NCBI GenBank assembly: GCA_021780675.1 | Contig: JAJXYH010000013.1 | Location: forward strand, 593 to 64,592 | Origin: a bacterium | GTDB taxonomy: Bacteria > Patescibacteriota > Microgenomatia > Levybacterales > UBA12049 | Direction: 5' to 3' | Length of the DNA: 64,000 nucleotides | In this document: one piece after another, positions 20,867-30,874 of the stretch | Position numbering within the stretch: the stretch's first letter is position 1 | How the letters are laid out: each line of letters begins with the position of its first letter | The notes under the pieces: generated by a model | Told to the model about the DNA's origin: nothing | Databases searched by the model: none | The model's input: only the letters and a program-made list of their open reading frames with translations | Position numbers and translations under genes: made by a program

Positions 20867-22137
20867 ACAAGTCGGTTTTAAATAAAAGAATCCCTACTCT
20901 CTTAGGGTTGATTATAATTATCTTCGGACTAAGTGTTACTACCCTCTTAACAAATAAAGCAACATTTTTACAATCAAACGCAACAGAAAATAAACAACCG
21001 CAAGACGTAAGAATTACTAATATAAGTGATAATTCATTTACTGTTTCTTATACAACAGTTTCTATGGAAAGTGGATTTGTTAAATACGGATCAACCGGAT
21101 CGCTAGATCAAACTGCATTTGATGACAAAGACACCACTCAAAAATTACAGACACATATTGTACACAGCATCACATTAAATAACCTAAATCCTGATACTAA
21201 ATATTATTTCTCTATTAATAGCGGTGGGGAAACATACTTAGATAATAATAACAACTTCGAAATAACAACTGCTGCTAATACATTTAACGCAACTTCTAAT
21301 TCTCCTGTTTCAGGAAGAGTGATGCTTGCAAATTCAAACCCTCCCAAGGAAGCAATTGTTTACATAACAGTAGATAACTCTCAAGTCTTATCAACACTCG
21401 TCAATACTGATGGTACATATAAAATAGACCTCCAGCATCTATTAAATTTTAATTTATCAAATACTCTTAGTCTTACAAGAGATTCCGTGATAAAAATGCT
21501 TGTCGCAGGAGATTCGTTATCCTCAAATGTCACATTGAATTATTACCAAAGCGCTGATGTCCCCGTAATCACACTTTCAAACAATTATGACTTTAGAGAA
21601 GGCAATCAACAAACAGCAAGTCCATCTGCTGCACTTGAGGGATTTCCAATGCAAAATATAACGTCATCAAAATCTAATAGTATTAGCATACTAAGCCCAT
21701 CTAAAGATCAGGTTATTTCTACTCAACAACCGGTATTAAAGGGTCAAGCAACGCCCAACCAAAATTTACAAATTACTATTCATTCGCAACAGGTCGTAAA
21801 AGCAAATGTTATTACCGACTCAAGCGGCAACTGGAGCTATCAACCAACTACACCACTTGATCCGGGAACACACACAATAACAGTAACCGGTAAGGATTCA
21901 AAAGGTATTCTAAGAACAATTACCGAAAGTTTCACGGTTTATGCTGCTGAAAATTCTTCTACAGCAACTGCTGCCATAGAAACACCGACTAATACACCCA
22001 CTACCGTAACTGCACAAAATAAAAAGCAAACATTGATAACAACAAATAACACCTCTATAATCACAGCAATTATTGTAGGATTAATAATTACTTTTGTTGG
22101 GGGTTTTATTTTCCTTCTGTCCCGCAAAGGAATTTAA
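20863..22137 (+). CDS. Surface protein with Fn3-like and Ig-like domains
   Basis: VRITNISDNSFTVSY..L.PDTKYYF (Fn3), G.WSY..L..G.HTITVT (Big domain); N- and C-terminal TM. Confidence 0.8.
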   Translation: MNKSVLNKRIPTLLGLIIIIFGLSVTTLLTNKATFLQSNATENKQPQDVRITNISDNSFTVSYTTVSMESGFVKYGSTGSLDQTAFDDKDTTQKLQTHIVHSITLNNLNPDTKYYFSINSGGETYLDNNNNFEITTAANTFNATSNSPVSGRVMLANSNPPKEAIVYITVDNSQVLSTLVNTDGTYKIDLQHLLNFNLSNTLSLTRDSVIKMLVAGDSLSSNVTLNYYQSADVPVITLSNNYDFREGNQQTASPSAALEGFPMQNITSSKSNSISILSPSKDQVISTQQPVLKGQATPNQNLQITIHSQQVVKANVITDSSGNWSYQPTTPLDPGTHTITVTGKDSKGILRTITESFTVYAAENSSTATAAIETPTNTPTTVTAQNKKQTLITTNNTSIITAIIVGLIITFVGGFIFLLSRKGI

Positions 22138-22138
22138 T

Positions 22139-23416
22139 ATGAAAATAGCCATAATTGGTGCAGGCTTTACCGGCCTTTCCGCAGCATATGAGTTATCGAA
22201 AAAGGGTCATAAAGTAACTGTATTTGAAAAAGATAAAAACCCCGGTGGTCTTGCAGTGGGATTTAAACAAAAAGGATGGAAATGGTCGCTTGAAAAGCAT
22301 TACCACCATTGGTTTACTAACGACAAGGAAATTATAAGCTTAGCCAAAGAAATTAAATTTCCGGTAGTCACTAGACGTCCAAAAACAAGTATATATGTTA
22401 ATCAAAATACATATAAGCTTGATTCCCCGCTAAACGTTATCTTCTTCCCACTTTTACCTATTATTGATAGGTTTAGATTGGGATTTTCTATTGCTGTTTT
22501 TCGATTTAATCCTTTCTGGAAACCATTAGAAAAATATAACGCTGTTAAAATCTTACCAAAACTTATGGGCAAAAAAGCCTATGAAATGATCTGGGAACCT
22601 CTTTTTATAAATAAATTTGGTAGGTTTTCTCAAAATGTTTCTCTGGCCTGGTTTTGGGCAAGAATTATCAAAAGAACACCATCGCTTTGTTATCCTAAAG
22701 GTGGATTCTTAGAGTTTGCAAATAGCTTAACAAAGAAAATCGAGGAAAAAGAAGGAGTATTTTATTTTAGTACCGAGGTCAAAAAACTCGAGTCTGATAA
22801 TTTACCCCTAATTACATACCAAAAAGAAAACGCAGTAATAGAAACAGAAGAGTTTGATAAAGTCATAGTAACTACTCCTATCTTTATCTTCTTCTCGTTT
22901 ACTCCACAGCTTCCCGAAAAGTATAAAAATAATATACTAAACTTGAAAAGCTTGGGTGCAATAAATTTAGTATTAAGACTTAAAAAACCATTTTTTAAAG
23001 ATAATACTTATTGGTTAAGCGTATGCGATAAAAATGCTCCGGTTATGGCAATTGTTGAACACACCAACTTTATCGACAAAAAAAACTATAATAATGAACA
23101 TTTACTTTATCTTGGAAATTACAAAGAGCGGGAAAATAGTTTATTCTCAATGGATGCCAATCAAATCTTAAGTCTATTTGACCCCTATTTAAAAAAAATT
23201 AACCCCAAATATTCAAAATTTATCATCGGATATGATCTTTTTAAAGATCCTTTTGCTCAACCGGTTATTCCCGTTAATTATTCAAAGATAATTCCTAAAA
23301 TGATTACACCTCTTAAAAATGTGTATCTTGCAAATATCGAACAGGTATACCCCTGGGACAGGGGAACTAACTATGCCGTTGAGCTTGGAAAAAGAGTTGC
23401 TGATAAAGTAATTTAA
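22139..23416 (+). CDS. FAD-dependent oxidoreductase (amine oxidase/protoporphyrinogen oxidase-like superfamily)
   Basis: IAIIGAGFTGLSAA, PGGLA, YHHWF, YPWDRGTN. Start set to ATG 22139. Confidence 0.85.
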   Translation: MKIAIIGAGFTGLSAAYELSKKGHKVTVFEKDKNPGGLAVGFKQKGWKWSLEKHYHHWFTNDKEIISLAKEIKFPVVTRRPKTSIYVNQNTYKLDSPLNVIFFPLLPIIDRFRLGFSIAVFRFNPFWKPLEKYNAVKILPKLMGKKAYEMIWEPLFINKFGRFSQNVSLAWFWARIIKRTPSLCYPKGGFLEFANSLTKKIEEKEGVFYFSTEVKKLESDNLPLITYQKENAVIETEEFDKVIVTTPIFIFFSFTPQLPEKYKNNILNLKSLGAINLVLRLKKPFFKDNTYWLSVCDKNAPVMAIVEHTNFIDKKNYNNEHLLYLGNYKERENSLFSMDANQILSLFDPYLKKINPKYSKFIIGYDLFKDPFAQPVIPVNYSKIIPKMITPLKNVYLANIEQVYPWDRGTNYAVELGKRVADKVI

Positions 23417-23418
23417 TA

Positions 23419-25041
23419 ATGAAAAAAATAAAGCTTTTCGTAATTAAATATAAGCTGGAGATTATTATAGTTATTTTCTCTTTAATATTTTCTACTTGGC
23501 TTATGTTTTCTTCCTTTTCTTACGAAAATGGTTTTATGCAAATCTCAACAAAATCATGGAGTGATTTTGCTAGTCATATTCCCTTAATTAGATCATTTTC
23601 TTTTGGAAATAATTTTCCGCCTGAATATCCCCTTTTCTTAGGACCTGCTATCAAATATCATTTTTTATTTTTTGCAGTGGTTGGGTATCTTGAGCGTTTT
23701 GGCTTAAGAATTGATTATGCGTTTAACATCCCCTCAATTTTAGGATTCAGTTTTTTAATTTTTATGATTTATATTTTTTCAAAATATTTATTTAAGTCTA
23801 AAAGTGTTGGTGTATTAAGCATAATCTTCTTTTTGTTTAATAGTTCGCTTGATTTTGTAAAATTTTTTACAAAAACCCCGTTATCTCTAAACACCCCCAT
23901 AGATATTATTACTAATAAAACTTTTCCGTCCTTTGGTCCTTATGATAATAGTGTAATTTCTGCATTTTGGAACTTAAATATCTATACAAACCAAAGGCAT
24001 CTTGGATTGTCTTACGCGTTGTCTCTACTTTTAATCTATTTTGTATTAAAAAATATTACAAATAAAAAAATATCTTATAAATACTATCTATTACTAGGAG
24101 TTGCAACGGGATTATTGTTCTTTTTAAACATGGCAGTCTTTTTAATGACGATGATTATACTGCTTTGTATGCTTCTAATATTTTCTAAAAATAGGGTAAA
24201 ATTATTCATTCTAATTTTATCTACCGGAGTTATTGCTTTTCCACAATATCTGTATGTTGAATCCGGACCATCAATTTTTCATATAAAAATTCATGTGGGA
24301 TATCTTTTGAATCGTGTTGATTTGTTTTCCTTTTTAAATTATTGGTGGCAAAATATAGGATTGAATCTAATTCTTATACCAATTGGTTTTATACTTTCGG
24401 ACAAAACAGCTAAAAAAGTAATTATTTCATTTTTTACCCTTTTTATGGTCGGAAATGTATTACAATTTTCTCCCGAAATTGCTGCTAATCATAAATTTTT
24501 TAATTTTTTTGTAATTATAGGCAGCATGTATTCGGCGTTTTTAATTATCAAGCTATTTAGAAAAAACATTAAATACAAATTACTTGGCATAAGTTTAGTT
24601 TTATTACTTACCCTGTCTGGAATTATCGACTTCTTCCCAATCTACAATGACACTAAAATCAATCTTGCCGACTATTCGCAAAACAAAAATATTTTATGGA
24701 TTAAAGATCATACGTCTCAAAAGGCAAAATTTCTAAATACAGACTATCTTTACGATACAGCATCATTAGCGGGAAGAAGAATATTTTTAGGATGGCCTTA
24801 TTTTGCATGGTCACAAGGGTATGATACGACTTCAAGAGATAATTTACGAAAATCTCTACTGTTAACTAACAATTTTTCTTATTTTTGTAGTAATATATCA
24901 AAATATAAAATCAGTTTTGCCGAAGTTAATACAAATTCACAGGATGCTAAGGTAAACATAAATTTTTTTAACAATAATTTTCCTAAGGTTTATACTAATA
25001 ATAGTAATTATAGTATTTACAATTTAAGTAGGTGCAGATGA
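23419..25041 (+). CDS. Multi-TM GT-C-like membrane protein
   Basis: WSDFASH, YHFLF, QRH, SLAGRRIFLGWP; TM-rich with soluble C-terminal domain. Confidence 0.7.
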   Translation: MKKIKLFVIKYKLEIIIVIFSLIFSTWLMFSSFSYENGFMQISTKSWSDFASHIPLIRSFSFGNNFPPEYPLFLGPAIKYHFLFFAVVGYLERFGLRIDYAFNIPSILGFSFLIFMIYIFSKYLFKSKSVGVLSIIFFLFNSSLDFVKFFTKTPLSLNTPIDIITNKTFPSFGPYDNSVISAFWNLNIYTNQRHLGLSYALSLLLIYFVLKNITNKKISYKYYLLLGVATGLLFFLNMAVFLMTMIILLCMLLIFSKNRVKLFILILSTGVIAFPQYLYVESGPSIFHIKIHVGYLLNRVDLFSFLNYWWQNIGLNLILIPIGFILSDKTAKKVIISFFTLFMVGNVLQFSPEIAANHKFFNFFVIIGSMYSAFLIIKLFRKNIKYKLLGISLVLLLTLSGIIDFFPIYNDTKINLADYSQNKNILWIKDHTSQKAKFLNTDYLYDTASLAGRRIFLGWPYFAWSQGYDTTSRDNLRKSLLLTNNFSYFCSNISKYKISFAEVNTNSQDAKVNINFFNNNFPKVYTNNSNYSIYNLSRCR

Positions 25042-27230
25042 ACAATCAAGATATAATTTATATTTTAAGATGGTTTCTTACTTTTTTTGTTATCGGTATA
25101 TCTTTTTTACCGATAACTTTAAATTTGTTTAATAACTTTAGAGATAAAGGTTATATCTTTTCCAAAATCATAGGAATGATAGTACTCTCCTACTTTATTT
25201 TTATCTTAGGGATTCTAAGATTATCCCAATTTTCTTTTTCTTTAACAATTATCTTATTAATTATATTATTTGTATTAAATTATTCTATTTTTGATAGGAA
25301 AAATATTCTTGTTACAATTAAGAAAAATTTAAATATATTTATATTTGAAGAAATAATTTTTTTTATTACCTTGGTCTTTTGGTCGTTCATAAGAAGCCGC
25401 ATGCCGGACATTTTTGGGCTAGAGAAATTTATGGATTTTGGTTTCTTAAACTCAATTTTAAGAAGTGATTACTTTCCGCCCAAAGACATGTGGTACACAC
25501 CGCTTCCAATAAATTATTATTATTTCGGGCATCTTATAACTGCTGTATTAACCAAAATATCGCAAATCCCTTCATTTATAAGCTATAACTTAATGATTAC
25601 TACTCTTTTTGCCTTAACTTTTACTTCGGCGTTCTCAATTGCGGTTAACCTTCTTAGCGAATTTAAGTCTAAATTTATAACTAAAGTATTATCTTTCATA
25701 TTTCCCGTTTTCTTGGCGTTTGGAGGAAACCTTACCACAATATATACATTCTTTAAGCCTTATACACCGGCAGATATGCCTATACCGTTTTGGAATTTAC
25801 AGTTTTTGCCCTTTAGCTTCCCAAATGACTTTTGGTATCCTAACGCTACCCGTTTTATTCCTTTTACAATTCATGAGTTCCCTATTTATTCCTTTGTAGT
25901 TTCAGATTTACATGGCCACGTATTAGACATACCTATTGTTTTACTAACTATAGCTTTTCTCTTCTCAATAATTTTAAGGATTAATAAGCAAAATGATAAA
26001 CAGTTATTGTTTAGTAATCATTTTTTAAAAATATTTAATACTATAAAAATTAAATCGCTTGAAAATTGGAAATTTAAATTCACCGATTTAATTATAGTGA
26101 GCTTTTTATTGGCAATAATGTATATGGCAAATGCCTGGGACGGGCTAATCTATTTTCTTTTAACTGGGCTGATAATTATTTTTTTAAATTTTTCAAAAGA
26201 AAATTTAGGCGAGTTTATTATAAATTCATTTAATAATACCCTGACCGTCGGTTTAGGATTTTTACTATTTTCACTTCCATTTAGTATTAATTTTAAGCCG
26301 TTTGTTTCCGGAATAGGAATATTATGTGCGCCGGGATTTCTTACAAAAATTGGTAAAATTGGGCCATTTCTTTTTGAAGCAAATCACTGTCAAAAATCAC
26401 CAATCTGGCAATTACTTATACTTTATGGCTTTTTCTATTTTTTTGTATTTTCATTTATTTCCTTTTTAAAATTTAAGAGAAAATATACATTATCAAATAA
26501 CGATAAATTTGTTCTAATATTAATAATTTTATCTACAATTTTAATTGTTGTTCCTGAATTTATTTACGTTAAAGATATCTATCCCTTACATTACCGTGCT
26601 AATACAATGTTCAAGCTTGTTTATCAGTCATTTATAATGCTGTCTCTTGTAAGCGGTTATGTGTTAATAAAACTTATGTTTGAGATAAAAAATATAATTT
26701 TAAAACTGGCTTTCACTGGAGTTGCTATTTTCTTAAGTTTCTTTATATTAATATATCCGTTTTTTGCAATCGGGTCATACTACAATAATTTAACGGGAAA
26801 AGGATCGTTAGACGGATTTAAATATATGTTAAAAACTTATCCTCAGGATTACAATTTAATAAACTGGGTCAATAGCAATATTAAAGGGCAACCGGTCGTT
26901 TTGGAAGCAAACGGTGATTCATATACCGAATATGCAAGAATTTCGGCAAATACAGGACTACCTACGGTTATAGGATGGCCGGTGCATGAATGGCTTTGGA
27001 GAGGAACCTACGATATTGTCGCACCCAGAATTGATGACGTTAGAACTTTATATACAACTTCCGATATAAGCTTAACAAAATCATTAATTAAAAAATATAA
27101 TATTTCTTACGTAGTGGTATCCATGCTTGAAGAAAAAAAATATCCCGGTATAAACATTAATAAATTTAATACTTTAGGAAAAATCGTCTATCAAAATGGT
27201 GGGGCTACTCTCTATAAAATCACAGACTAG
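25038..27230 (+). CDS. YYY-domain (DUF2298-like) membrane glycosyltransferase candidate
   Basis: EKFMDFG, FPPKDMW, INYYYFGH, IHEFP, DLHGH, RANTMFK, TGLPTVIGWPVHE. Confidence 0.85.
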   Translation: MNNQDIIYILRWFLTFFVIGISFLPITLNLFNNFRDKGYIFSKIIGMIVLSYFIFILGILRLSQFSFSLTIILLIILFVLNYSIFDRKNILVTIKKNLNIFIFEEIIFFITLVFWSFIRSRMPDIFGLEKFMDFGFLNSILRSDYFPPKDMWYTPLPINYYYFGHLITAVLTKISQIPSFISYNLMITTLFALTFTSAFSIAVNLLSEFKSKFITKVLSFIFPVFLAFGGNLTTIYTFFKPYTPADMPIPFWNLQFLPFSFPNDFWYPNATRFIPFTIHEFPIYSFVVSDLHGHVLDIPIVLLTIAFLFSIILRINKQNDKQLLFSNHFLKIFNTIKIKSLENWKFKFTDLIIVSFLLAIMYMANAWDGLIYFLLTGLIIIFLNFSKENLGEFIINSFNNTLTVGLGFLLFSLPFSINFKPFVSGIGILCAPGFLTKIGKIGPFLFEANHCQKSPIWQLLILYGFFYFFVFSFISFLKFKRKYTLSNNDKFVLILIILSTILIVVPEFIYVKDIYPLHYRANTMFKLVYQSFIMLSLVSGYVLIKLMFEIKNIILKLAFTGVAIFLSFFILIYPFFAIGSYYNNLTGKGSLDGFKYMLKTYPQDYNLINWVNSNIKGQPVVLEANGDSYTEYARISANTGLPTVIGWPVHEWLWRGTYDIVAPRIDDVRTLYTTSDISLTKSLIKKYNISYVVVSMLEEKKYPGININKFNTLGKIVYQNGGATLYKITD

Positions 27231-28344
27231 GATTTTGCGGTATCACACAACTACTATTATTTATTTCACAAGAAATATACTTTTGTATCTCAGAAAAATT
27301 GCCGTCACCAATTCTTGGAATAAGTACCCACGAATAGTCATATTCTGCAGTATAAGGCGGGTTAAATAAAAGTCCGGGTCTGTTTGTTGCGGGATCTCCA
27401 TAATCTATGACAGCACTTTGGATTTTAGCACCTTTCATTTTCTGTGCAAGCCTTACAAAATCATCGAATTCACTTTGCTTAATATCGGTATCTATACTCC
27501 CGCTTAAAATACTGTAAAGTTGGATTATCTTTGCCGGATTTATCAACGTTTGTGCAGATAATATTTTATCTTTAAGAGCCTTTATTACTTTTTCCTGCCT
27601 TTTACTCCTTGCAAAATCCGTTCCCTCGACTCCTGTTGCATGTCTTGATCTTACAAATTCAAGAGCAGTTTCTCCATCCATATGCATTAAACCTTTATCA
27701 AAATGTACATGCTTATACCTACATGGAAATTTAATTAAATCCATTTCTGCCGATGCGGTACCACTTTCGGTATATGCCTTAATATCCTCTGCTAAGTTTC
27801 CGCAAGTATCATCTTCTTTTCCACTAATCGGGTACGCATAATCGTCAAATGTATTATCAACATTAATGTCTAGTCCTCCTAGGATATCAACTGCTTTTAC
27901 AAAACCTGAAAAATCAACTCTAACACCGTAATCTATATGTTGCCCTGTAATTTTACTAACTACAGCTTCTGCCTCAACCAATCCTCCTCCTTTTCTTTTA
28001 TTCTCCCCATCTGCATAGGCTTCATTTACTTTTTTAAAGCTAGTGGTTAAGCTGGGAAACCACAAATCACGCGGGATAGAAGTAAGAACCACTTTATTAT
28101 TTTTTTGATTTACTGATGCAAGAATTATCGTATCGGTTAAATTCGGTCCATCATGACTTCCTCCCCCAATACCTAAAAGTAATATATTAATATTATTATT
28201 GGTTTGTTTTAAAGAAACTCCTTTATCAACTACCAATTGGAATAAAAAGGGATAAAAACTTGCTGTTTTATAAACAAAAAATCCTATTATGATTAATAGG
28301 AAAACTAATAGGGCTAGTAATGGCCTTTTTTTATTTCTACGCAT
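27220..28344 (-). CDS. LCP (LytR-CpsA-Psr) family phosphotransferase
   Basis: NILLLG, TDTI, SIPRD, FVRSRH, DFARSKRQ. Confidence 0.93.
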   Translation of the reverse strand: MRRNKKRPLLALLVFLLIIIGFFVYKTASFYPFLFQLVVDKGVSLKQTNNNINILLLGIGGGSHDGPNLTDTIILASVNQKNNKVVLTSIPRDLWFPSLTTSFKKVNEAYADGENKRKGGGLVEAEAVVSKITGQHIDYGVRVDFSGFVKAVDILGGLDINVDNTFDDYAYPISGKEDDTCGNLAEDIKAYTESGTASAEMDLIKFPCRYKHVHFDKGLMHMDGETALEFVRSRHATGVEGTDFARSKRQEKVIKALKDKILSAQTLINPAKIIQLYSILSGSIDTDIKQSEFDDFVRLAQKMKGAKIQSAVIDYGDPATNRPGLLFNPPYTAEYDYSWVLIPRIGDGNFSEIQKYISCEINNSSCVIPQNPSL

Positions 28345-28999
28345 TTTTAATTATGTTTAAAAATTCCATGGGGTCAAGACTTGCTCCACCCACCAAAACG
28401 CCTTTTATTTTATCACTTTTTGTAAAATTTGCTACATTATCTGAAGTAACACTTCCACCATAAAGAACAGAAAGATTGTCATGGTTAGCGATGATATCTT
28501 CGCAAACCTTATCCGCATTTTCTGGAGTATCTGGAGTTCCGGTGCCAATAGCAAAAACGGGCTCATAGGCAACAACATTCACTCCTTGTGGAATATTTGT
28601 ATCTTTTCCCTGAACACAGAATATGGGAGTTAATCCGTATTTTAAAGCTAAATTCACCTTTTTAGTTAACATTTCATCTGTCTCCCCAAAGTTATTTCTT
28701 CGTTCAGAATGTCCAATTATTACATAATCTGCAAAATCTTTAATTTGTTTACCATTTACCTCACCCGTAAATGCCCCTTCATCAAAAGGTGACAAATTCT
28801 GTGCCGAAAGCTTGATATTTGTACCGGAAAAAACTGAATTAAAACTTAAAAGGAATGTAAAAGTTGGAGCTAAAATGACTTCTTTGTCGCCCATATTTTT
28901 CAGTTCCTGCTTATGACTAATAAAGACATCTAGCCAGTTTTTAGCCTCATTATTAGTCATATTAGACTTAAAATTGGCAACTATATAAAGCTTTTCCAT
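28337..28999 (-). CDS. tpiA: Triosephosphate isomerase (shortened)
   Basis: ANFK, GAFTGEV, IGHSERR, AYEPVFAIGTG, LYGGSV, LVGGASL. Confidence 0.95.
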   Translation of the reverse strand: MEKLYIVANFKSNMTNNEAKNWLDVFISHKQELKNMGDKEVILAPTFTFLLSFNSVFSGTNIKLSAQNLSPFDEGAFTGEVNGKQIKDFADYVIIGHSERRNNFGETDEMLTKKVNLALKYGLTPIFCVQGKDTNIPQGVNVVAYEPVFAIGTGTPDTPENADKVCEDIIANHDNLSVLYGGSVTSDNVANFTKSDKIKGVLVGGASLDPMEFLNIIKNA

Positions 29000-29017
29000 G
29001 TGGTATCATTATACGGT
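29000..29017. promoter_or_regulatory. 18-bp bidirectional promoter between tpiA and pcrA
   Basis: TG-G-TATCAT on + (29001-29009) and TATAAT on - (29013-29008), each 8 nt from an ATG. Confidence 0.65.
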
Positions 29018-30874
29018 ATGAATAAAGATTTTCTCAAGGACTTAAACTCCGAACAGCTTGAAGCGGTAAAACAAAAGAATGGCCCAATGATAATTTTGGC
29101 AGGTGCAGGAAGCGGCAAAACACGGGTTCTTACCTATAAAGTAATTTATTTAATTGATCAGGGGGTTGACCCAACAAACATTTTAATGGTTACTTTTACA
29201 AATAAAGCAGCTAATGAAATGAAAGAAAGAATGAGAAGATCTTTTGCAAAACAAAACGTCTTAATTTCTGATTTCCCTACTATTTCCACGTTTCATGCAT
29301 TATGCGCAAAACTTCTAAGAATCGAGGGAGAAGCAATCGGAATCCCTAAAAACTTTTTAATCTATGACGATCAAGATCAAAAAGATGCAATAAAAGAGTG
29401 TTTTAATCTTCTTAACATTTCAATAAAAGAATACAAACCAAATTCTGTTCTAAATAATATTTCACAAGCTAAGAATGAATTGATAAACGAACTTGAATAC
29501 CCTCAGTACGCAAGAGGACATTTTCAAGAAGTCGTATCTAAAGTTTATATAATTTACCAAAAATTATTAAAAGAAAATGCTGCTCTTGATTTTGATGACC
29601 TTATTTTAAAAACAGTTGAGCTTTTTCAAAAAAATCCGCAAATTTTGGAGAAATATCAAAATAAATTTAAATATATTTTAGTTGACGAGTATCAGGATAC
29701 AAATCATGCCCAATACCAATTAACGAAAATGCTATCTAAAAGATGGAATAATATTTGTGTGGTAGGAGATTTTTCTCAAAGCATATATAGTTTTAGAGGG
29801 GCTGATTTTTTAAACCTGTCTAAATTTAAAGAAGACTTTAGTAACGTAAAGACCTTTTCTCTCTCACAAAACTACCGCTCAACGCAAAGAATATTAGATG
29901 CTGCTTCGTCTGTAATTTCAAAAAATAACTCACATCCTGTTTTAAAACTTTGGACAGAAAATAAAAAAGGTGAAGATGTTTTTGTCCATGAATCACTAAA
30001 TGAACAAAAAGAGGCGGAGTATATTTTAGAAAATATTTCAGAAATTAAGTACCAAAACCCGGATCTTAAGTATTCTGATTTTTGTGTTCTTTATAGAACA
30101 AACGCTCAATCAAGGTCGATAGAAGAGGTGTTTATTCATAATTCCCTTTCCTATATATTAATCGGTGGAACAAGATTTTATGAAAGAAAAGAAATAAAAG
30201 ACGTTTTGGCATATCTAAAATATATTGCCAACCGAAGAGATAAAGTTTCTTTAAAAAGAATTGAAAAATTAGGAAAAGGCCGCTTAGGAAAATTTAATGA
30301 ATTCCTAAACAGGTTAGAAAATAAAAAAATTGAAGAAATAAAAACCATCGACATTTTGGATGATGTCATAAAAAATACAGATTATCTTTCGCTCTATGAT
30401 GAAAAGGACGAAGAAGATCTTGCAAGACTAGAAAACATTAAAGAGTTAAGATCTGTTGCTATTGCGTTTACAGACATTAATCTGTTCTTGGAGAATGTTT
30501 CACTTGTCGAACAAGAATACCTTCCTGACAATATAAAAGAGGAAGACGGTAAAAAAAATGCAGTTAATTTAATGACATTGCACGCGGCAAAAGGTTTGGA
30601 GTTCCCGATAGTATTTATGGTGGGTATGGAAGAAGGCCTTTTCCCGCATAGTAGAAGCTTAATGGATAAGAACAACTTAGAAGAAGAAAGAAGACTTTGT
30701 TATGTCGGAATGACTAGAGCAAAAGAAAAACTGTTCTTAACATACTCAAGAAAGCGTCTGTTCTTTGGTCAAAAGACGACAAACATTGTTTCAAGGTTTA
30801 TACTAGAATTACCTGAACAAACGCTTGAAAAAAATTTAAACGATATGCAATCAGATATTCCGGAATATTTATGA
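29018..30874 (+). CDS. pcrA: PcrA/UvrD family SF1 DNA helicase
   Basis: AGAGSGKT, TFTNKAA, VDEYQD, QNYRS, LHAAKGLEF, EERRLCYVGMTRA. Start set to ATG 29018. Confidence 0.93.
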   Translation: MNKDFLKDLNSEQLEAVKQKNGPMIILAGAGSGKTRVLTYKVIYLIDQGVDPTNILMVTFTNKAANEMKERMRRSFAKQNVLISDFPTISTFHALCAKLLRIEGEAIGIPKNFLIYDDQDQKDAIKECFNLLNISIKEYKPNSVLNNISQAKNELINELEYPQYARGHFQEVVSKVYIIYQKLLKENAALDFDDLILKTVELFQKNPQILEKYQNKFKYILVDEYQDTNHAQYQLTKMLSKRWNNICVVGDFSQSIYSFRGADFLNLSKFKEDFSNVKTFSLSQNYRSTQRILDAASSVISKNNSHPVLKLWTENKKGEDVFVHESLNEQKEAEYILENISEIKYQNPDLKYSDFCVLYRTNAQSRSIEEVFIHNSLSYILIGGTRFYERKEIKDVLAYLKYIANRRDKVSLKRIEKLGKGRLGKFNEFLNRLENKKIEEIKTIDILDDVIKNTDYLSLYDEKDEEDLARLENIKELRSVAIAFTDINLFLENVSLVEQEYLPDNIKEEDGKKNAVNLMTLHAAKGLEFPIVFMVGMEEGLFPHSRSLMDKNNLEEERRLCYVGMTRAKEKLFLTYSRKRLFFGQKTTNIVSRFILELPEQTLEKNLNDMQSDIPEYL

